A DNA stretch of 64,000 bases. Origin: an uncultured Chloroflexia bacterium. GTDB taxonomy: Bacteria; Chloroflexota; Limnocylindria; Limnocylindrales; CSP1-4. Numbering within the stretch: the stretch's first letter is position 1; each line of letters begins with the position of its first letter. The translations under genes and the position numbers were made by a program. Below the pieces are notes generated by a model that was not told the DNA's origin, did not search any database, and saw nothing but the letters and a program-made list of their open reading frames with translations. The stretch covers positions 64,001 through 128,000 of the forward strand of contig CAVVJT010000004.1 in NCBI GenBank assembly GCA_963748625.1. Direction: 5' to 3'. Shown piece after piece: positions 58,400 to 64,000 of the stretch.

Positions 58400-60715
58400 C
58401 TAGGACAACTCGCGCTGGACGTTCAGGACGTCCTTGAGCTGCTCCACCCGGCCCATCACCTTCGCCAGCTGCGCCACGGAGGCCACCTGGATCGTCATGG
58501 TGACCGCGGCACTGTGGTCCGGGTTGACCCCGACGTTGGCGGCCAGGATGTTGACCTTGTTCTCGGCCATGACCTGGGTGATGTCGGACAGCAGCCCCGT
58601 CCGGTCGTAGGCCTCCACGCGGATGGCGATCGGGTAGGTCTGGGCTGGGGCGCTCTCCCACTCAGTGTCGATCAGGCGTGACAGCTCGCGCTCATGGAGG
58701 ACGGTGGGGCAGCTGCGCAGGTGGACGGTGATGCCCTTGCCGCGCGTGATGAAGCCCTGGATCGGATCGCCCGGGATGGGGTGGCAGCACTTCGCGAAGC
58801 GGACGAGGAGGTCCCCCACCCCCTTGACCCGGACGCCGCCGGTGCGGGCCGGCTGTTGGGGCGCCACGGTGGGCAGCGCAGCATGGCCGTCGTCCATGAC
58901 CCCCAGGCGGATGACCACCTGCTGGGCGTTGATGGCCCCGTAGCCGATGGCCGCGAAGAGGTCGTCAATCCCTTCGTGCTGGTAGCCCCTGGCGATCTCG
59001 AGGATCTTGTCCAGGCCCACCGTCTGGATGTTGGTGCGCGCCAGGCGGCGGAGCTCGCGCTCGAGCGACTCGCGGCCGTGGACGATGTTCTCCGCGCGGT
59101 CCTTCTTCTTGAACCACTGGCGGATCTTCTCCCGCGCATGGGAGGTGCGGACCAGGTTCAGCCAGTCGCGTGACGGGCCATGCTCGCCCTTGGTGGTGAC
59201 GATCTCCACGATGTCGCCGTTCTTGAGCCGGTAGTCGAGCGGGACGAGGCGGTTGTTGACCTTGGCGCCGATCGTCCGGTGGCCGATGTCCGTGTGGATC
59301 CGGTAGGCGAAGTCGAGTGGCGTGGAGCCCGCGGGCAGGTCCTTGACGTCGCCGCGTGGCGTGAACACGAAGACCTGGTCCTGGAAGATGTCGAGCTTGA
59401 TGCCCTCGACGAACTCGGTGGCATCGGAGTCACTGACGTCGCGCTGCCACTCCATGAGCTGGCGCAGCCAGGCGAGCTTGGCGTCGTAGTCGCGCTCCGC
59501 CTTGGAGCCTTCCTTGTAGCGCCAGTGCGCCGCGATACCCACCTCGCTGACCTGGTGCATCGCGTGGGTCCGGATCTGGATCTCGAGCGGCTTGCCGTCA
59601 AGCGCGATGACCGCGGTGTGGAGGCTCTGGTAGAGGTTGTTCTTGGGGACCGCGATGTAATCGTCGAACTGGCCAGGGATGGGGCGCCACAGCGCGTGCA
59701 CGAGCCCGAGCGCCGCGTAGCAGTCGCGGATCTCGTCCACCAGGAGGCGGATGGCGTAGACGTCATAGATCTCGCCGAACTCCGCGCCCTTGCGCTGCAT
59801 CTTCTTGTAGATGGAGTAGATGTGCTTGGGCCGGCCCTGGAGCTCGGCCACGACGCCGGCCTCCTCCAGCCGCGGGCGCAACTCCTCGATCGCGCGCTCG
59901 ATGTAGCTCTCGCGGCCCTTGCGCCGCGTGTCGAGGAGCTTCGCGAGCTCCCGGAAGGCCTCGGGCTCGAGGGCTTTGAAGGAGAGGTCCTCCAGCTCCC
60001 ACTTGATCTGCCAGATCCCGAGGCGCTCGGCGAGCGGGGCGTAGATCTCCATGGTCTGGCGGGCGATGCGCTGCTGCTTCTCAGGCTTGAGGGCGCCCAG
60101 CGTGCGCATGTTGTGAAGCCGGTCGGCGAGCTTGATGAGCACGACGCGGATGTCGTCGGCCATCGCAAGGAACATCTTGCGGATGTTCTCGGCCTGCTGC
60201 TGCTCGTGGCTGTGCGTGGAGAACTTGGAGAGCTTGGTGACACCGTCCACCATGTGCGCGATCTCGGGCCCGAAGCCCTCCTCGACGTCGGCGAGGCTGT
60301 ACTCCGTGTCCTCCGGGACGTCGTGGAGGAGCGCGGCCGCGACGGCGATCGGGTCGATCCCGAGCTCGGCCAGGATCTGGGCACTCGCGATGGGGTGTGT
60401 GACGTAGGGCTCGCCCGACGCCCGGACCTGCGAGCTGTGCGCCTCCACCGCAAGGTCGAACGCCTTCTCCACGATGGCGATATCCGCCTGGGGGTGGGCG
60501 GTCCGAACGCTGGCGATGAGGCGCCGGCGCATCGCCGGCAGGTCGGTGTGGTCCCGGTGCACGTGCTTGGGGACGGGTGCCGTTGCCTCCACCAGGGATT
60601 CCGCGGCTTCCGCGGCCGCCGGGCGGCCGGTGGCGCCCCGCGCACCACCGCTCTTCCGACCCCCGGGGGGTGGGTCGAGCGGGATCTCCGGGTCGCGGAC
60701 GACAGGTTGGGGCAT
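58400..60715 (-). CDS. rel: Long RelA/SpoT homolog (p)ppGpp synthetase/hydrolase
   Basis: SGEPYVTHP, LLHDVPED, IKLADRLHNMRTL, GRPKH, YQSLHT, EIQIRT, TGS (DFAYRIHT), CCHPIPGD, ACT (DRTGLL). Confidence 0.96.
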   Translation of the reverse strand: MPQPVVRDPEIPLDPPPGGRKSGGARGATGRPAAAEAAESLVEATAPVPKHVHRDHTDLPAMRRRLIASVRTAHPQADIAIVEKAFDLAVEAHSSQVRASGEPYVTHPIASAQILAELGIDPIAVAAALLHDVPEDTEYSLADVEEGFGPEIAHMVDGVTKLSKFSTHSHEQQQAENIRKMFLAMADDIRVVLIKLADRLHNMRTLGALKPEKQQRIARQTMEIYAPLAERLGIWQIKWELEDLSFKALEPEAFRELAKLLDTRRKGRESYIERAIEELRPRLEEAGVVAELQGRPKHIYSIYKKMQRKGAEFGEIYDVYAIRLLVDEIRDCYAALGLVHALWRPIPGQFDDYIAVPKNNLYQSLHTAVIALDGKPLEIQIRTHAMHQVSEVGIAAHWRYKEGSKAERDYDAKLAWLRQLMEWQRDVSDSDATEFVEGIKLDIFQDQVFVFTPRGDVKDLPAGSTPLDFAYRIHTDIGHRTIGAKVNNRLVPLDYRLKNGDIVEIVTTKGEHGPSRDWLNLVRTSHAREKIRQWFKKKDRAENIVHGRESLERELRRLARTNIQTVGLDKILEIARGYQHEGIDDLFAAIGYGAINAQQVVIRLGVMDDGHAALPTVAPQQPARTGGVRVKGVGDLLVRFAKCCHPIPGDPIQGFITRGKGITVHLRSCPTVLHERELSRLIDTEWESAPAQTYPIAIRVEAYDRTGLLSDITQVMAENKVNILAANVGVNPDHSAAVTMTIQVASVAQLAKVMGRVEQLKDVLNVQRELS

Positions 60716-60722
60716 GGCGGGC

Positions 60723-60728
60723 AGTCTA
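60723..60728 (-). promoter_or_regulatory. Putative -10 box TAGACT, 7 nt before the rel ATG (leaderless)
   Basis: TAGACT-GCCCGCC-ATG. Confidence 0.55.
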
Positions 60729-60772
60729 CAAGGTGCGTGCGCCGCCGAGGTTCGGCCCGTTCGAAGGCGGCG

Positions 60773-61486
60773 TCAGCCGAGCAGGCCCACGGCCAGCACG
60801 CCCTCGATGCGCAGACCCCCGGTGTCGGTGACCCGTGCGCGGGAGATCTCCATGGGCAGATCGTCCCCGCCGCGGAGCATGACCACCTCGGTGCCCTCGC
60901 CCGGACCGCTGGTGATGGCGACCACCAGGTCGCCCGCGTCGGCGGTGAACCGTCCCTTCATCGTCTCGCCGCCGGCCCTGACCGTCAGCCTGTCAGGCGC
61001 CGTGAGGGTGACCGATGTCGGGCGGGTGCCCGTCCTGAGCTCGATCGCGTCGGCGATGAGCGCCTCGGCGTCGGCCTTGGACATGGTCGTGCCCACCGTC
61101 AGCCGCTCACCGCCTCCGCCCAGGGTGACGGAGCGCAGCCGGGCACCCCCGGTCTCCGCGGGCAGCGTCACGTCGGTGAGCGTGCCCTCCACCGAGCCTG
61201 CCGTCCGGTCCAGGACGTCCACGTCCTCGAGCGCGATGTCGAGCGAGCCGATGCGGATCCCGCGGAACGTGGCATCGGTGGCGTGCACCACGACCCGGTC
61301 GGCCGTTCCGGTGAGCAGGTCCGTGGGCGGATCTGCATGGACGCTGACGGTCGTGTCGTCGGCCTGGAGTCCCGCCGCGGTGAGTCCGGCGGTGACCAGC
61401 CCCGACGCGACCGCCGGGAGCCCGAGGAACACCACGAGCGTGATGACCACCGCGGCCAGCGCGAGCGTGAACAGGCAGCCGCGCAC
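60773..61486 (-). CDS. Exported or membrane-anchored protein, DUF2993/LmeA-like
   Basis: N-terminal TM; VSVHADPPTDLLTGTADRVVVHA..LDIALEDV; beta-rich. Confidence 0.55.
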   Translation of the reverse strand: MRGCLFTLALAAVVITLVVFLGLPAVASGLVTAGLTAAGLQADDTTVSVHADPPTDLLTGTADRVVVHATDATFRGIRIGSLDIALEDVDVLDRTAGSVEGTLTDVTLPAETGGARLRSVTLGGGGERLTVGTTMSKADAEALIADAIELRTGTRPTSVTLTAPDRLTVRAGGETMKGRFTADAGDLVVAITSGPGEGTEVVMLRGGDDLPMEISRARVTDTGGLRIEGVLAVGLLG

Positions 61487-61489
61487 GCC

Positions 61490-63124
61490 TCAGGCGCCCC
61501 GGAAGCCCATGGCCGCCAGCACCTCGCGGGCGACCGTCGCCTCATCCCAGGAGAGCGCGTGGTCGGCGTAGAGGATCGTGGGCTCGTGGCCCTTGCCGGC
61601 CAGCAGGACGATGTCGCCGGGCCGCGCGCGGTCCAGGGCTGTCTCGATCGCCATGCGGCGGTCCGGGATGCCCAGGACGTCAAGGCCGCGGGTACAGCCC
61701 GCGGCCTCCGCGCCGCGAACGATCTCGTCCACGATGGAAGCCGGGTCCTCGCGTCGGGGATCCTCGTCCGCGGCGATCACGAGGCGGCAGCGCTCGCCGG
61801 CGATCCGGCCCATGACGGACCGCTTGGCCGTGTCGCGCTCGCCACCCGAGCCGAAGACCGCGATCAGGCCGCCGCCGTTCGCCCGCGCGATCGGCGCAAG
61901 CAGGTCGAGGACGCCCTCGAGCGAGGCGGGCGAGTGGGCGTAGTCCACGATCACCCCGAACGGCTGCCCGAGGTCGATGCGCTCCATGCGGCCAGGGACC
62001 CCCGCCACGCCCTCAAGGCCGGCACGCACGGCGGCGGGATCGAGCCCGAGGCCGTGCCCGAGCGCGACCACGGCCAGCGCGTTGTGGACGTTGAACCGTC
62101 CGGCCAGGCGCAGGTCGAGCCGTCCGGGACCGGTGATGCCGTCGAAGCCCACGACGAGCCGCCGAGCATCCTCGTCCACCGCAGTCGCCTGGACATCCGC
62201 GCCGGCGGCGGTCCCGTAGGTGACCACGTCAGCCCGGGCGCGGCGCGCCGCAGCCACGAACGCAGCGGCAGCAGGGTCGTCGTGGTTCACCACCGCGAGC
62301 TTGGGCCAGCGGCGGCCACCGACCGCCTTGACCGGGTTCGCATCGCCCTCCTCGAGCATCGCGAACAGGCGCAGCTTCGCGTCACGGTACCGCTCGAACG
62401 TCCCGTGGAGCTCCAGGTGCTCGTGGGTCAGGTTCGTGAAGACCGCCGCGTCGTAGGCGACGCCCGCGACCCGCTCCAGCTCCAGCGCGTGCGACGTGGT
62501 CTCGACGACCACTGCCGCATCGCCCGCCTGGACCATCGCCCGCAGTGTGGCCTGGAGCTCCGGGGCGCCCGGGGTGGTCACGTGCGCCTCGTGCCGCTCG
62601 CGAACCCGGCCGATCCTGGTCTCCACCGTCCCGATGAGGCCCGTGGCAATGCCGGCGGCCTCGAGCGCAGCCGCGGCCAGGAAGGACGTGGTGGTCTTGC
62701 CGTCGGTGCCGGTGACACCCACCACCGCCAGCTCCCGCGACGGGTCCCCGCACCACCAGCCGGCCGCCTCGGCCAGGGCGGCACGCGACGAGCGCACGAC
62801 GAGCTGCGGCAGCGGGACGTCCGGCCCCGGGTGCTCGACCAGCGCTGCGGCGGCCCCGGCAAGGGCGGCCCCGGCGACGAAGGCATGGCCGTCGACGTGG
62901 AACCCGGGCACCGCGACGAAGAGCGTGCCTCCTGACACGGCACGGGAGTCCTCGGCGAGTCCGGTCAGCTCCAGATCACCCAGGCTGTCGGGTGCAACTG
63001 GCGTCCCTGCTCGCACGGCACCGCTCACCAGGCCCGCCGCGGCCAGCCGATCGAGCAGGCCAAGCAGGCGCCTTGGCGCGGCTGGCACGGCCCCGGCGAC
63101 CAGGCGGTCGATCTCGCTGCTCAC
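61490..63124 (-). CDS. murE: UDP-MurNAc-dipeptide--diamino acid ligase MurE
   Basis: DSRAV, DGHAF, GVTGTDGKTTT, TTP, ETTSH, FTNLTHEHL, GRME, VDYAHSP, DEDPR, AGKGHE. Confidence 0.95.
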   Translation of the reverse strand: MSSEIDRLVAGAVPAAPRRLLGLLDRLAAAGLVSGAVRAGTPVAPDSLGDLELTGLAEDSRAVSGGTLFVAVPGFHVDGHAFVAGAALAGAAAALVEHPGPDVPLPQLVVRSSRAALAEAAGWWCGDPSRELAVVGVTGTDGKTTTSFLAAAALEAAGIATGLIGTVETRIGRVRERHEAHVTTPGAPELQATLRAMVQAGDAAVVVETTSHALELERVAGVAYDAAVFTNLTHEHLELHGTFERYRDAKLRLFAMLEEGDANPVKAVGGRRWPKLAVVNHDDPAAAAFVAAARRARADVVTYGTAAGADVQATAVDEDARRLVVGFDGITGPGRLDLRLAGRFNVHNALAVVALGHGLGLDPAAVRAGLEGVAGVPGRMERIDLGQPFGVIVDYAHSPASLEGVLDLLAPIARANGGGLIAVFGSGGERDTAKRSVMGRIAGERCRLVIAADEDPRREDPASIVDEIVRGAEAAGCTRGLDVLGIPDRRMAIETALDRARPGDIVLLAGKGHEPTILYADHALSWDEATVAREVLAAMGFRGA

Positions 63125-64000
63125 CTGGCGGACCTCCCACGGCCGATGGTGCGGGCGGCCTTGCCCGCGACACGGCCCAGCCCGTACCGCCAGGCGCGGA
63201 TCACCACCTCCTGGGCGCCTGCCAGCTCGACCCAGGCCGCCCCGAACGAGCGCTTGTGCTCGTACAGCCCGTAGGTGGGCTCGCCCTCCACCGGGATTCT
63301 GCGGGCGTCCGCGGTGTCCACGCCACCCAGGTCCATCTCGTCGCGACCCTCGGCGAGGGCCAGCTGGATGGCGCGCCAGCGCAGCAGGTGCATCGCGCCG
63401 GGGTGGTCCCGGCGGCGCTCCGCGCGGTCGGCAGAGTGGGCCGTGGAGAGGCGTGTGCCGTGGCGGTAGAGGATCAGGCCGCCGAGGACGTCACCGTCGG
63501 GCGCCCCCTCGCGGGCTTCGAGGTACACGAGGTGCCCGGCCGCCAGGGCGCGCCGCCACCAGCTGGTGAACTCGGCGGGGCCGGCGAACCCGAAGCCCCG
63601 CCGGTCGCCGGTGGCGCGCAGCAGCCCGTAGAACCGGTCGAGCGCCCCACCTCCGTCCTCTGAGGCAGGCGTGAAGCCGTCCAGGGGGCCGCCGCGCACG
63701 TCCCAGCGCACAACCACCACCCCGTCGCGTTCGGCGCGCCTGATGCGCTGCCTGGTCGCCTTGGCGATCCCGTCGAAGACACCGCCCGCGTCGCTGCCGA
63801 CCGGGAGCGCGAGTGCCATCCGGTGACGGGAGGGCTGGATCTCGGGGATGGCGTGGTAGCCCGCGGCAGCGGTCGCCGCCCGGTAGGCGTCGTCATCCGC
63901 ACGGACCTCGGGATCCGCGGCGAGCACGTCGAGCCCGTCACGGTCGACGAAGTTGGCGAGATCATCGAGCGCGGCGGCGATGTGCGCACCGCCCGGATCG
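63121..64000 (-). CDS. FemABX family peptidoglycan peptidyltransferase (5' part outside the window)
   Basis: TRQRIRRAERDGV, FYGLL..T..R, HLLRWRAIQLA..G...DLGG..GLYEHKRSFG; GTGA overlap with murE. Confidence 0.82.
   Translation of the reverse strand, partial: DPGGAHIAAALDDLANFVDRDGLDVLAADPEVRADDDAYRAATAAAGYHAIPEIQPSRHRMALALPVGSDAGGVFDGIAKATRQRIRRAERDGVVVVRWDVRGGPLDGFTPASEDGGGALDRFYGLLRATGDRRGFGFAGPAEFTSWWRRALAAGHLVYLEAREGAPDGDVLGGLILYRHGTRLSTAHSADRAERRRDHPGAMHLLRWRAIQLALAEGRDEMDLGGVDTADARRIPVEGEPTYGLYEHKRSFGAAWVELAGAQEVVIRAWRYGLGRVAGKAARTIGRGRSAR

Noticed and set aside
1-64000. tRNA, rRNA, IS or defence-system genes
   Set aside because: None recognised by eye in the intergenic gaps or ORFs; tRNAscan-SE, Infernal and DefenseFinder runs would be needed to exclude divergent ones.

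Overview
Very GC-rich bacterial chromosome segment of about 55 genes, mostly on the minus strand. Gene content and motifs (EF-P KMGRG loop, MurE EDPR, FtsA-like plus baseplate-J-like pair next to ruvX/mltG) suggest Chloroflexota, possibly class Limnocylindria; this is inference only. The housekeeping backbone, read right to left, is femX-murE-DUF2993-rel, hisS, aspS, typA, iscS-mnmA, alaS, ruvX-mltG-pepP, efp-xseAB-dxs-tlyA-nadK-recN-xerD, scpAB-rluB-cmk. Accessory or unusual content: (i) an FtsA/actin-fold ATPase coupled to a bitopic baseplate-J-like membrane protein upstream of ruvX-mltG, the best candidate for an undescribed envelope system; (ii) an hdrCBA-mvhDGA-protease-hypA electron-bifurcating hydrogenase operon between hisS and aspS, whose HypA lacks the Zn finger; (iii) a MacB/FtsX-type ABC system with two giant permeases; (iv) a surface protein with four YbaY-like domains; (v) many apparently leaderless genes. 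Five single-base indels (rluB, scpB, M50 protease, YbaY protein, ABC fusion) look like sequencing or assembly errors. No rRNA, tRNA, CRISPR array, IS element or prophage was recognised.
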